Shown here in pieces: positions 1 through 10,072 of a stretch of DNA of 64,000 bases. Position numbers and translations under genes: made by a program. Position 1 is the stretch's first letter, and each line of letters starts with the position of its first letter. Origin of the DNA: Candidatus Marinacidobacterales bacterium (GTDB taxonomy: Bacteria; Acidobacteriota; Vicinamibacteria; Marinacidobacterales; DATDRI01); NCBI GenBank assembly GCA_965226495.1, contig OZ245365.1:3648001-3712000 (forward strand), in the 5' to 3' direction. Below the pieces are notes generated by a model. It saw nothing but the letters and a program-made list of their open reading frames with translations. It was not told where the DNA came from and ran no database searches.

Positions 1-110
1 TGGCCCGCCTGGCCTAACTGACCCACGTGGCCCAGCCGGCTCGGCGATCCGCACTGAGGGCACACACCCATCGCGGGGTCGATCTCGGATTGACATCTCG
101 GACAGGTCAA
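1..110 (-). CDS. Partial CDS (runs off left edge), N-terminal zinc-ribbon protein
   Basis: Manual translation from TTG at 110: MTCPRCQSEIDPAMGVCPQCGS (CxxC-x10-CxxC); AGGAG RBS in the 3' end of the preceding ORF; not in the ORF track. Confidence 0.7.
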   Translation of the reverse strand, partial: MTCPRCQSEIDPAMGVCPQCGSPSRLGHVGQLGQAG

Positions 111-111
111 A

Positions 112-1119
112 TCACTCTCCTTTTGGGCTTCGGACAATCTGAGTCAGGGGTTCCGCCGAAACTCCAGCCGTGACAGAGCCTCGCAACAACCGTTCTTCAA
201 TCCTGAGGATGAGACTTCGCGCTTCTTCAAAGTTCGGGCTCGCGCGCTCCACCCGGGTAAGCTCGGTAAGAGCTTCCCGGTACGACCCTTTGCTATGAAG
301 CCGAGCTCCGTTGAAGTAGTGAAGCTCCGACGGCGGGGGCAGACTCGGCATGGCTCGGCGACCGACGGGTCCGGAGCCCGACGCCGCGTTTGACCCCGAG
401 CCGAGCGAGGTCGAGCCTAGGCCATCGTTCACCAGGAATTCCCAATTTAGATGCAGATAGAGTGCCCCCGCGGCGAACAGACAAAGTGCACTGAAAAGGA
501 ATGCCGCCATTTTGAGAGGCGATGCGGGCTTGGCCTCGGGGGAGGGTTTGACCACCACCCGTCGACGCTGCCTCTTCGAGATTTCGTCGTCTTCGTGGGG
601 CTTGCCGGCGACTGTCCCGCCGCGCGCCTCGCCACGTCGCTCTTGCTCTTCGATCTTCTCTAAGAGACTACGCCCTTCGGCGTGGCGGGGGTCGAGGGAC
701 AATACCTTGCCGAGTCGCTGCTGTGCGCCGCGCCGATCCCCCGACGCTTCGCACCGAGCCGCTTCCAGGACTATGGCATCCAGCTCTCGCTGGCGTTCTG
801 CGATGCCCCGCTTGGCTCGCCCGATCTCGTCACGAGCGGCCCGGTTGTTCCGATCTAAGAAGAGTATGCGAGTCCATACGTGAATGGCTTGGTGGAGGCG
901 CCCATGGCGAAAGAGGCCCCGGCCCTGCTGAAGGAGTCGGACTATCTTGTGCTGGGTCTCGTGACGGTCTGCCGCGGCTTCCTCGTTTGGCTCGTCTGGT
1001 ACGCTCAGAACAATATCGTCTCCGTCGATAGGGTCACCCTTGGCGATGCTGTCACTCTCGGCTCGCTCGCTCGGTGCGGAGCTACCGTCGAGACGGGCAC
1101 CACCATCGTTATTTTTCAT
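112..1119 (-). CDS. TPR-like repeat protein with a single transmembrane helix
   Basis: TPR-like helices (AIHVWTRILFLDRNN, LGKVLSLDPRHAEG), hydrophobic segment AFLFSALCLFAAGALYL, C-terminal TPR-like YREALTELTRV. Confidence 0.65.
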   Translation of the reverse strand: MKNNDGGARLDGSSAPSERAESDSIAKGDPIDGDDIVLSVPDEPNEEAAADRHETQHKIVRLLQQGRGLFRHGRLHQAIHVWTRILFLDRNNRAARDEIGRAKRGIAERQRELDAIVLEAARCEASGDRRGAQQRLGKVLSLDPRHAEGRSLLEKIEEQERRGEARGGTVAGKPHEDDEISKRQRRRVVVKPSPEAKPASPLKMAAFLFSALCLFAAGALYLHLNWEFLVNDGLGSTSLGSGSNAASGSGPVGRRAMPSLPPPSELHYFNGARLHSKGSYREALTELTRVERASPNFEEARSLILRIEERLLRGSVTAGVSAEPLTQIVRSPKGE

Positions 1120-1553
1120 CGACTCCGATCTAGTTGCCGTTGCCCCTCGTCATTTCGTCATTTTGATTGTCCGGGGTCATTCCTGGCATTTCGGGCCATT
1201 TCGAGACATCGGGCGGGGTGAAATTTACAGGGAATCCCCGGGCATTCTGCCCCAACGGCACCAAGTCTATGCCCGTCATGATACACTTACCCCATTTTGA
1301 TAATGATACATACACCAGTAAGTGCATCTAGGTCAAGAACTTTCGCGGCCCGGTCCGACCAGAGTGCCGACTGCAACTTCCTTACCGCAGACACCGTCCA
1401 CCCTCGCTTCCTCACCCGGCGCCTGAACACATTGATACCGGCACGACGTTGCTTGACGCCCGCAGTCTCTCTGAGGGAGAGGGCAAGAAGGCCTGGCGGG
1501 ACGCGTGAGCCGTTGCCGCCAGTCCATCATGAGTGGCGCCGCTTGGGGTTGTC

Positions 1554-2474
1554 ATGGCCGGACTGATTGAAGCGGTACCCAACGTCAGCGAGGGCCGCCG
1601 CCAGGAAGTCATCGACGCGTTTCGAAACGCCTTCGCGTCACCTCCCGACGTCGAGTTGCTGGACGTGTCGTCCGACCCCTCTCACAACCGCACGGTCTTG
1701 ACCGCGTTCGGACAGCCCGGCGCTCTCGAAGAATCAGCCTTGCGCTTGTTCGAAACTTCCTTGAAACACATCGATCTACGACGGCACCACGGTCAACACC
1801 CACGCATCGGTGCGGTGGACGTGTTCCCGTTCGTACCTCTCGAAGGCGCCACGATGGAGCAGTGTGCCGCGCTTGCCCGACGTGTGGCGGAGAAGGTAGC
1901 CGACCGCTTCGGAGTTCCGGTATTTCTTTACGAACGAGCGGCTTCCCGAGCAGACCGCTCGGATCTAGCGCTTATTCGAAAGGGTCAGTTCGAAGGTTTG
2001 GCAGAAAAGATGAAAGCCTCTTTTTGGAAACCTGATTTCGGCCCCCGCACACCGCATCCGACGGCGGGTGCCTCCGCGATCGGGGCACGATCACTTCTCA
2101 TCGCTTTCAATATCAACCTCGGCACGGATCGACTGGACATAGCGAAGACCATTGCGAAGAAGATCCGCGAGTCGAACGGGGGGCTTCCGTACGTCAAAGC
2201 GTTGGGGCTCTACCTCGAGGAGCGCCGGCAAACACAGGTTTCGATGAACCTGACCGACTACAGGAGAACCCCAATATCGGTTGCCTTCGAAGCAGTTCGC
2301 GAACAAGCGAAGCAGCACGGAACCAGGATCACGGGTTCCGAGATCGTGGGATTGGTTCCGGAGGACGCGCTACCGCCGGAAGCGGAGCGGTCATTGCAGC
2401 TGATCGACTTCGGGGAACACAAAGTTCTCGAGAGTCAAACTCGCAAAGACACTGGCAAGAAAAAAAATCTCTGA
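1554..2474 (+). CDS. ftcd: Glutamate formimidoyltransferase (stand-alone FTCD transferase domain)
   Basis: EAVPNVSEGRR, SSDPSHNRTV, GQHPRIGAVDVFPFVP, QVSMNLTDY, SEIVGLVP motifs; start placed at ATG 1554. Confidence 0.92.
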   Translation: MAGLIEAVPNVSEGRRQEVIDAFRNAFASPPDVELLDVSSDPSHNRTVLTAFGQPGALEESALRLFETSLKHIDLRRHHGQHPRIGAVDVFPFVPLEGATMEQCAALARRVAEKVADRFGVPVFLYERAASRADRSDLALIRKGQFEGLAEKMKASFWKPDFGPRTPHPTAGASAIGARSLLIAFNINLGTDRLDIAKTIAKKIRESNGGLPYVKALGLYLEERRQTQVSMNLTDYRRTPISVAFEAVREQAKQHGTRITGSEIVGLVPEDALPPEAERSLQLIDFGEHKVLESQTRKDTGKKKNL

Positions 2475-2477
2475 ACT

Positions 2478-3854
2478 CTAACCGCCATCCTCGGTCTTGT
2501 ACGGGGCGATCCCATACGACTTCATCTTTCGATACAGATGGGAACGTTCGAGCCTGAGGGCATCCGCGGTCTTCGAGACATTACCGGCGTTCTCGCGTAG
2601 CTTTCGTTGAATGTATTGGCTTTCATACGCTTCTCGTGCGGCGGCCAACGAAGGGAAGTCCCCGAGCAAATCGAAATGCGACGCACCATCCTGCCGTAAA
2701 GGTGGAGCGAGATCCTTCGCCTCAACGCGTTCCGAAGGGACCATGATAACCAACCGCTCGATGACGTTCTTCAGCTCTCGCACGTTACCGGGCCAATGGT
2801 AGGCCACCAGGCGTTCCAGGGCGGCCGGTGCGAGCTCCTTCGGCCTCTTGCCGTTCTCGTCGGAGAACTCGGCAACGAAGTGACGGGCAAGGGCGGGAAT
2901 GTCTTCACGTCGCTCCCGGAGCGGCGCCATCTGGAACGGGAGCACGTTCAGTCGAAAGAACAAGTCTTCGCGGAAACGACCCGCCTTGATTTCCTCTTCC
3001 AGTTTCTTGTTGGTGGCGGCAACCACACGGCAATCGACCTCCACTGAATGAGTGCTTCCGACCGGTTCGAACTTTTGCTCCTGCAACACGCGAAGCACTT
3101 TGGCCTGCGTTTTCAAACTCATATCGCCGACTTCGTCTAGGAACAGGGTCCCTCCATCGGCTACTTCGAACTTGCCGTTTTTGTCGGTTACCGCGCCGGT
3201 GAAAGCACCTTTTACGTGTCCGAAAAGCTCACTTTCGATGAGCTCTTCCGGAATAGCAGCGCAGTTGACCTCCACGAATTTTTGAGAGCGGCGCAACGAT
3301 TGAGTGTGAATAGATCGCGCAACCAACTCCTTCCCGGTTCCGTTCTCGCCGAAGATCAGTACACGGCCGTTGGTGGGTGCAGCGAGCGCAATTTCCTGCC
3401 TAAGCTCACGCATGGGAGGGCTCTCACCGATGAGAACGTGCTTGCTTTCGAATCGCTCTCGCAAGTAGCGGTTTTCTTGTTCCAAACTACGATGCTTGAG
3501 CGCGTTCTTGATAACGATGACCGTCTTCTCCAATGACAGAGGTTTCTCCACGAAATCGTAGGCTCCCAGCTTGATAGCCTTCACCGCAGTCTCGATGGTT
3601 CCGTGACCGGAGATCATGACCGTCGCGACGTCGTGTCTCTTTTGACGAATCTTCTCGAGTGCCTCCACGCCATCCATCCGGGGAAGCCAAACATCCAGAA
3701 TGACCAGATCAAAAGAGTCTTTTTCCAGATGGGCTAGTCCTTCCTCGGCACTGGAGACTGTAGCCACGCTATAGCCTTCGTCCTCCAAGACGCCTTTCAA
3801 GGAGCTGCGGACGCCGGCCTCGTCGTCCACGACCAAGATGCGTTCCTTCGACAT
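2478..3854 (-). CDS. ntrX: Sigma-54-dependent response regulator, NtrX type
   Basis: REC domain (LDVWLP), GENGTGKE Walker [25 protein letters not shown]-terminal HTH (ERSHLYRKM). Confidence 0.88.
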   Translation of the reverse strand: MSKERILVVDDEAGVRSSLKGVLEDEGYSVATVSSAEEGLAHLEKDSFDLVILDVWLPRMDGVEALEKIRQKRHDVATVMISGHGTIETAVKAIKLGAYDFVEKPLSLEKTVIVIKNALKHRSLEQENRYLRERFESKHVLIGESPPMRELRQEIALAAPTNGRVLIFGENGTGKELVARSIHTQSLRRSQKFVEVNCAAIPEELIESELFGHVKGAFTGAVTDKNGKFEVADGGTLFLDEVGDMSLKTQAKVLRVLQEQKFEPVGSTHSVEVDCRVVAATNKKLEEEIKAGRFREDLFFRLNVLPFQMAPLRERREDIPALARHFVAEFSDENGKRPKELAPAALERLVAYHWPGNVRELKNVIERLVIMVPSERVEAKDLAPPLRQDGASHFDLLGDFPSLAAAREAYESQYIQRKLRENAGNVSKTADALRLERSHLYRKMKSYGIAPYKTEDGG

Positions 3855-3857
3855 TGA

Positions 3858-6098
3858 TCAGTTGATGGCGCCGACCGGGCGCTCGGCGATGGGAAACTCG
3901 AGAATGAAACGGGAGCCAGTGGGCTGGTTGTTCTCCACGCGGATCCGTCCACGGTGCTCCGCCACGATGCGGCTCACGATCGCCAAGCCCAGACCGCTTC
4001 CGCGACGCTTGGTCGAGTAGTAAGGGACGAACAACTTGTCGCGATCCTCGGGAGGAATACCCGGGCCATCGTCTGCGATCTCGACGAGGACGACATGGGC
4101 CTCTGGGTCGTAGGAGGTAGCGACCAACACGCGGCCTTTGCCGGAGGTGGCCTCGATGGCGTTGTCGATGATGTTGATGAACACGCGACGAATAAGGTCG
4201 GGGTCCAAGCTCACCTCGGGCAAGTCGGACGCGAAACGCCTCTCGATGCTAAGCTCTTTGAACAAGCCGTCGTACAACTCGAGCGTCGCCTGCAATAGTG
4301 GCTGAACCGCTTGGCGTCGCGTCGAGACCGTCGGCATTCGCGCGAACTGCGAGAACTCGTCGACCAAGCTCTTGAGGGAGTCGACTTCCTCGATGATCGT
4401 CCCCGTGCACTCCTCGACGATTCGAGGAAGCTCGGCAGTCTTGGAGCGAACGTGCTTGCGGATTCTTTGTGCGGAGAGCTGAATCGGTGTGAGCGGGTTC
4501 TTGATCTCATGAGCCAACCGACGCGCCACCTCTCGCCAGGCTGCGACTTTCTGCGCGCGTAGGAGCTGCGTCAAGTCATCCAGCACCATGAGGAGGCCGG
4601 TCGACTCGCCGGAAGCCCCGGTGAGCGTCGTCAGATAGACGGCGAGATGAAGCTCTCGCCCAGCCACGACGACATTCACTTCCTCTTCCCGGGCACGGTG
4701 GCCGTCACCTTCCATTCCGTCCATCAAGGGTTGAAGCTCGGTCAGCCCCTCCCCACCAAACACATCCCGGTAGTGTCGGCCCACGACGTGTTCATCGAGC
4801 TCCAGCATTCGGAGCGCCGCTGGATTGACGGTAGTCAAGATGCCGTCTCGATTCATCGAGACGATCCCGGTGGTGATGTTCTCCAGCACGGTTTCGATGT
4901 AGCGCCGGCGCCGTTCGGCTTCGGAATTTTTGACCTGGAGATCGTGGCCGGACTTTTCCAATCGTTCCTGACTGACCTTGAGCTGCGCGGTCATCTTATT
5001 GAATGACTCCATGAGCATCCCCAGCTCGTCCACCGCGGGTCCGGATACCGAATGGTCCAAGTCTCCGGCCATGATACGCTCGGTCGCTTCGGCCAGCTCA
5101 CGAACCGGCACCGTAATGCGCTTGGCCAAGTAGAGGCCGATCCAGGTCGATGAAAAGAGGATCAGTAGCGAGACCATGACAAAAAAGGACAGGAACAAAT
5201 CTTGGATTGGTTCTTTTTGCGCTTCCGCTTGACGGTAATCGTTGGCCCGATCGTTGACCAAGTTCAAAGTGGTTGCCAGCGACTTTGGAATGAAGTGAGA
5301 GACTACCACCGCGCCGACCACGTCCTCGGTCCCGGCCCCGTAAATCGGAGAGACGTACCGCACGAGCGCCCCGCCCCCGATCGCGTCCTGATGCAATCTC
5401 TCTTCTCCGCGTAGTCCGATCTCTGCCAACCGAATCGAGGAGTCAGGAATGTAATCGCTCAGGGGGAGTCCAGGGTGCATCAGAGTGGCGAGCTCGCCTT
5501 CCAATGAGAAGACGTTGATCATATCCAAGCGGTATTGAGTTAGCCGACTCTCCATCGTTTGAAAGAGCTGACGCACCCGGTTGGGTGAAAGCAGGCCCCT
5601 CCGTGAAGTCTCGTTGGAGAGTCTTCGCGCATAGAACGTAGCGCTTTCCTGCTTCTCGCGGTAATAGCTTTCCACCACCTCCTGAGAACCCAACAAGACA
5701 GTTTCCACGGGTTGATTGAACCAAAGTTCTACGCTGGTGGAAATGAGTCGACTCCCGACCAGAATGATCAGGGCGGACGGAAAGAGCGCAAATCCGACGA
5801 AGAGCATTACCAGCTTGGTCTTGAATTTTGCTCCCAGTACTGCACGGCGCCTCTCGATGAAAAGCTTGATGAGATTTCTGGCCAAAACGAAAACCAGAAC
5901 CAACAACATGGTCAGGTTCACCACCGTAAAACCGTACAGAAACACCCGCGCCAGGAACCCAGGTGAGAAGGCCTGTGATTTTCCGATCAGGTAGGTGCTA
6001 ACGATGGGTATGGCGGCCAGCAAAGCCACCGCAGCCGTGAGTAGGCGCGGGTTGTCCTTGAACTCCTTCTTGGTGTTGGGTGGGGCAGGGCTCGCCAT
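3858..6098 (-). CDS. ntrY: NtrY-type sensor histidine kinase (TM, HAMP, PAS, HisKA, HATPase)
   Basis: AWREVARRLAHEIKNPLTPIQLSAQR signature, DDGPGI, GSGLGLAIV; adjacent to the NtrX-type regulator. Confidence 0.88.
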   Translation of the reverse strand: MASPAPPNTKKEFKDNPRLLTAAVALLAAIPIVSTYLIGKSQAFSPGFLARVFLYGFTVVNLTMLLVLVFVLARNLIKLFIERRRAVLGAKFKTKLVMLFVGFALFPSALIILVGSRLISTSVELWFNQPVETVLLGSQEVVESYYREKQESATFYARRLSNETSRRGLLSPNRVRQLFQTMESRLTQYRLDMINVFSLEGELATLMHPGLPLSDYIPDSSIRLAEIGLRGEERLHQDAIGGGALVRYVSPIYGAGTEDVVGAVVVSHFIPKSLATTLNLVNDRANDYRQAEAQKEPIQDLFLSFFVMVSLLILFSSTWIGLYLAKRITVPVRELAEATERIMAGDLDHSVSGPAVDELGMLMESFNKMTAQLKVSQERLEKSGHDLQVKNSEAERRRRYIETVLENITTGIVSMNRDGILTTVNPAALRMLELDEHVVGRHYRDVFGGEGLTELQPLMDGMEGDGHRAREEEVNVVVAGRELHLAVYLTTLTGASGESTGLLMVLDDLTQLLRAQKVAAWREVARRLAHEIKNPLTPIQLSAQRIRKHVRSKTAELPRIVEECTGTIIEEVDSLKSLVDEFSQFARMPTVSTRRQAVQPLLQATLELYDGLFKELSIERRFASDLPEVSLDPDLIRRVFINIIDNAIEATSGKGRVLVATSYDPEAHVVLVEIADDGPGIPPEDRDKLFVPYYSTKRRGSGLGLAIVSRIVAEHRGRIRVENNQPTGSRFILEFPIAERPVGAIN

Positions 6099-6111
6099 GG
6101 TGCAGGGTCGA

Positions 6112-6753
6112 CTACGGCAAGTAGGTGAAGTAGGTTTTCACCCAGCCCGAATCCTGATCCCAGGGAACGACCAGGAAAAGATTGCGTTCCTTCACTAGGC
6201 CCTTTGCACGCAGATAGTAGTCGCTATTTGGTTCCAAGAGCGAAACGTCGAAGAGATCGAGGCCGTCCACGACCGTCATGAAACGCATCATCTCACTCGT
6301 GTCGGCGACGACCGCAGTTGCGACGATCTCACCGTCGATGTCCCGCGAGAGGGTGTAACGTTCAGTAAGGTTGTCGTATGTAACCGTGTTGGTGATCCTT
6401 CTGGTATGAACTTTCTGGTTGAACCAGATGGTTCGGACTTTTTTGAGCTGTACCTCGTAGCGAAAGCTGACCGGCAATCCACTCTCGATCGACCGTCCGA
6501 TGTCTTCATTGAACGCATCGGCCATACGAAACGTAACGGAAATCTGGTCGTTCTTGATCAGCAGGCTCAGATTCGTGAGCTCGGCCGCCGCAGCGGGTTC
6601 TTGACCCGCCACGAGAATCACCAACGCGAGAAGCGCACGGCGCACTCCCGCCTTCGCCAAGGCTCCGGCGAGGCCTCGCCGAAGCCGTAGAGTCATGGAA
6701 GCGATCGGCGTAGGCGGGCGGAAGCCCATAACCTGTGATCGTACAGTAGTCAT
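6112..6753 (-). CDS. DUF4390 family protein (true start probably downstream of 6753)
   Basis: Signal-like segment, IESGLPVSFRYEVQL and YDNLTERY motifs; usual position directly upstream of ntrY-type genes. Confidence 0.75.
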   Translation of the reverse strand: MTTVRSQVMGFRPPTPIASMTLRLRRGLAGALAKAGVRRALLALVILVAGQEPAAAAELTNLSLLIKNDQISVTFRMADAFNEDIGRSIESGLPVSFRYEVQLKKVRTIWFNQKVHTRRITNTVTYDNLTERYTLSRDIDGEIVATAVVADTSEMMRFMTVVDGLDLFDVSLLEPNSDYYLRAKGLVKERNLFLVVPWDQDSGWVKTYFTYLP

Positions 6754-6780
6754 AATGTGAGCACAACTTCATTCGATCGC

Positions 6781-7248
6781 TTACCCCTCTTTTTCGGTGG
6801 TGTCCAAGAGTCCTCGAATGGTCTCCACGAACTCGTGGGCATCTTTGAAATGCCGATATACCGAGGCGAAACGAACATAGGCCACCTGGTCCAACCCTTG
6901 TAGCTCCGTCATGACGAACTCACCGATGTCCGTCGCCGAGACTTCCTTGTCTGGACTCTCCTGCAAATTCTGCTCCACGCGTTCTACGATGCTCTCCAAC
7001 TTGGTCACCGAGACCGGACGCTTTTCGCAGGCTTTGAGAAGCCCATTCAGGATCTTCTCCCGATCGAATCGCTCCCTCCGTCCGTCCTTTTTCACCACCA
7101 TATACGGGATCTGATCGATCCGTTCATAGCTGGTAAAGCGCCGCTTACAACCGAGGCACTGGCGACGGCGACGGATCGCCTCCCCCTCCTTGCTCTCCCT
7201 CGAGTCGACGACTTTGTCTCCTAGGTAGCCGCAGTAAGGACACTTCAC
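6781..7248 (-). CDS. nrdR: Transcriptional repressor NrdR
   Basis: KCPYCG..KVVDSR..IRRRRQC..C..RFTSYE zinc ribbon, ATP-cone, DQVAYVRFASVY; GTG start at 7248 with GGAGG RBS. Confidence 0.96.
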   Translation of the reverse strand: MKCPYCGYLGDKVVDSRESKEGEAIRRRRQCLGCKRRFTSYERIDQIPYMVVKKDGRRERFDREKILNGLLKACEKRPVSVTKLESIVERVEQNLQESPDKEVSATDIGEFVMTELQGLDQVAYVRFASVYRHFKDAHEFVETIRGLLDTTEKEG

Positions 7249-7351
7249 AGCCCCAACCTCCTGTCTCGGCACTCGCCCGGGCGCCGCCCGCTTAACAAGA
7301 GTCCGTTGAGCTTTTTTGGCAATATCAGAAAGCTCCACCGGCTCAAATTCT

Positions 7352-8491
7352 TCAACTGACCGTCCCCATCCGTCTCACTTCGCTCAAGCTCATCCCTTCC
7401 CGCACGAAATACACCAGTCCGAGCAGACTGACCGGTATGAACGCGATGGCGTGGCTAGCGAGTGCGATCGCTTTCGCTGTGTTCTCGTTGACTCCGTACA
7501 AAAGCGTGAGCGCGAGGGCGCACATAAGGTGGTATCCACCTACCGCACCCGGGGTGGGGACGGCCACCCCTACCGTGAGGAAACCAATCACCAGAAACAC
7601 ACCGCCATAAGGGATCTCGACGTGAAACGCACGTGTTCCCAACCAAAACGCCAACGAGATGTTGAGCCACAACGCGAGGGAGAGAATGCCGGACCGCATT
7701 AGATTCCGTCGGTCGACTAAAACCCCCAGCCCCTCGCCAAAACTCTTGATGAAGCGAAAGCCCGGTTCCGCCACTTTGTGAGGAAGCTTCCGAATGATCG
7801 GTTCGAGCCTGGTCAGGAAGGAACCACCATCACGAACGTTTCGAGCAAAAGCGAACATGGCCGCGAGACCCAAGCCGGCAGCCACAGACGCGGTGAGACC
7901 ACCAACTTTGAGGGCGTACACTGCTTCTTGGCTTCCTGCCCCTTTCGGCGCCGGGCCAAGCAGAAGCCAACCTCCCACGAGAAAGATCACGGTAATCAGA
8001 TCGAGTACTCGCTCTAGAAAAACCGTCGCGAAGGTGCTCGAAGCGGACAAACCCTCGCGGCGAGCCAGCAGATAGGGGCGAACGAGTTCGCCCAGTCGGC
8101 CAGGCGGCACCAAAAAGTTGACCATGAAGCCGATAACAGTGGTCTCGAAACAAACCTTGAGTCGTGCCGGTCCAACGGGAACGAGGAGGTACCGCCAGCG
8201 ATACGCGCGCACCAAGTACCCCAACAGGGTCACTGAGACCGCAAGCCCAATGATCCAGCCGTCCGCGCCGGCAAAGCTCGCCGCAATGGCGCTAAAATCG
8301 GCATCCTTAAGGAAAAAACCGAGCAGACCCAGACCGATGAGAGCGAGTGCCGCCGATTGGAGCTTGCGGGATCCGAGCCGTTCGCTTCGGGCTTGAACGG
8401 CAAGCTCTGTGGAATCCGCAGTCTGCAGAGGTTCAGCAGACCCAGCGCGGCCTGCGGGCCCGCTAGGCGCTCCCCCCATCGAATCCTTCAA
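7352..8491 (-). CDS. Lysylphosphatidylglycerol synthase TM-domain (UPF0104/YbhN) flippase-like membrane protein
   Basis: RAYRWRYLL, PGRLGELVR, TVFLERVLD, PTPGAVGGYH motifs; multiple TM helices. Confidence 0.85.
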   Translation of the reverse strand: MKDSMGGAPSGPAGRAGSAEPLQTADSTELAVQARSERLGSRKLQSAALALIGLGLLGFFLKDADFSAIAASFAGADGWIIGLAVSVTLLGYLVRAYRWRYLLVPVGPARLKVCFETTVIGFMVNFLVPPGRLGELVRPYLLARREGLSASSTFATVFLERVLDLITVIFLVGGWLLLGPAPKGAGSQEAVYALKVGGLTASVAAGLGLAAMFAFARNVRDGGSFLTRLEPIIRKLPHKVAEPGFRFIKSFGEGLGVLVDRRNLMRSGILSLALWLNISLAFWLGTRAFHVEIPYGGVFLVIGFLTVGVAVPTPGAVGGYHLMCALALTLLYGVNENTAKAIALASHAIAFIPVSLLGLVYFVREGMSLSEVRRMGTVS

Positions 8492-8779
8492 TTCCTTTCC
8501 ATGAAGCTCGTCGTTCCAGGCCGGACCTTTACGTCGTCCTTAAGCAAGCCGCAAGCAGGACCTCATTCACGAAATGAGAGGATTATCTTACTTTTAGCCG
8601 GGGAGCGGAATCTACTAGAATAGGCCCGCAGAAGTCAAACACGGCCAGTAGTTAGGGAAACTCGCCACAGAACCACCGACCCCCTAAGCGCACATGTGAC
8701 GAGACGATGTCTGGCAAACCAAGCGATATAAGGGGCTTGCGGTGCCGACCGACCGATGACCGGAGAAGGCTCAAAACAT

Positions 8780-8805
8780 TGAACCTTGACTGCGCCCGGC
8801 TCGTT
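8780..8805 (+). promoter_or_regulatory. Putative autoregulatory ECF sigma promoter
   Basis: TGAACC-N16-CGTT ending about 40 bp upstream of the ECF sigma gene; resembles SigW-type TGAAAC-N16-CGT. Confidence 0.6.
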
Positions 8806-8843
8806 TTATTCGGTGAGTAAGAGGCGACGGGGAGTAGGGCTTT

Positions 8844-9431
8844 TTGCTATCCGACGAAGACCTCGCGAGCCGTTGCCAGCGCGGGGACGATGATGCCTGG
8901 GAGGTCCTGGTCAACCGCTACCAGCGCGGGGTTTGGAACGTTGCCTATCACTTCACCGGTCGGGTTCATGAGGCGGACGAGCTTACACAGGAGATCTTTC
9001 TGCATGTTCTGGGAGCCCTCAAGCACTTCGATCCAAGCGGCAGCATGGGCGCATGGCTCCGACGGGTGGCACGCAACTATGCCATCGACCAGTACCGGCG
9101 GCAGCGGCGAGAAAAAGCGCTCACATCCGACAAGGAGCTTCCCGAAGTCAAAGCACCCGCTCACCGGTCCGATCCCCATACCGCTCTCGAGCACAAGGAT
9201 CTCGCGGAGTGGATCCGTTCGGCCCTCGATCGTCTACCCGAGGAGCTCGGCCAAGCCGTTGTCCTTAGGGACCTGCAAGAGATGAGCTACGAGGAAATGG
9301 CAGAGCTACTCGAAGTACCGCTCGGCACGGTGAAGTCTCGCATTAACCGCGGGCGACTCGAGCTGGCTCGTCATCTTAAGCGCCGCCGAAGTGAGTGGAG
9401 CCACCAATTGGAGAGTGGAGACGAAGAGTGA
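8844..9431 (+). CDS. ECF RNA polymerase sigma factor
   Basis: ADELTQEIF and WLRRVARNYAID (region 2); MSYEEMAELLEVPLGTVKSRINRGR (region 4). Confidence 0.92.
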   Translation: MLSDEDLASRCQRGDDDAWEVLVNRYQRGVWNVAYHFTGRVHEADELTQEIFLHVLGALKHFDPSGSMGAWLRRVARNYAIDQYRRQRREKALTSDKELPEVKAPAHRSDPHTALEHKDLAEWIRSALDRLPEELGQAVVLRDLQEMSYEEMAELLEVPLGTVKSRINRGRLELARHLKRRRSEWSHQLESGDEE

Positions 9432-10072
9432 AGTGTCGACGCTCTGAGGAGCTTTGGAGCGACTACCTCGGTGGAACGCTCTCCCGTCCGCTCACTAAGG
9501 ATCTCGACGGACACTTGACGGAGTGTTCCAGTTGCCCGGGGCTTCTGGAAACATTCCGAGAGGTGCGGTCGGCTCTCGAGACGATGCCCCATCCGCATCC
9601 TTCACCACAGTTGGTGGAGCGCATCCTCGTGGCCAGCCACCCAGAACTGGCAAAGCGCGCGAACCTCTCAAACTTCACCAAGCGGGCCCGGTTCGGCCCC
9701 CCCCTCGCCCCTAACCTCTCGTGGCGAGGCTGGGCCGCATGGGGTACCGCCGCAGCTCTCGTGGCGATCTCGCTCCTCGGTCCAAGCAAAGCCCTTTCCC
9801 GCATCAACCAAATCGGCCACCAGGTCTACAGCGTTGGCCTCGGTGTCTATCGCGATACAGAAGGTCTCATCGACGAGCTCAACGTCCTGCGGATGACCGT
9901 CGGAGTTGCATTTGAAGATCGCCTCGATCGACTCAACCAAAGGTTGAAGGACTTGGAGGAGGCACGGCGAAAGAACGACGGCGAGCCCAACCAAAGCAAC
10001 AATCTCGGTCCGCGGCGATTGTCTTTCCAACCGAAATCTGAAACCAGTTCACAATCAAGGAGCGACTCATGA
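9428..10072 (+). CDS. Zinc-finger (zf-HC2) membrane anti-sigma factor
   Basis: HLTECSSC (HxxxCxxC), one TM helix, GTGA start/stop overlap with the sigma gene. Confidence 0.85.
   Translation: MKCRRSEELWSDYLGGTLSRPLTKDLDGHLTECSSCPGLLETFREVRSALETMPHPHPSPQLVERILVASHPELAKRANLSNFTKRARFGPPLAPNLSWRGWAAWGTAAALVAISLLGPSKALSRINQIGHQVYSVGLGVYRDTEGLIDELNVLRMTVGVAFEDRLDRLNQRLKDLEEARRKNDGEPNQSNNLGPRRLSFQPKSETSSQSRSDS

Noticed and set aside
1297-1317. Fur box (GATAATGATA)
   Set aside because: Only half of the consensus matches and neighbouring genes are not iron-related.
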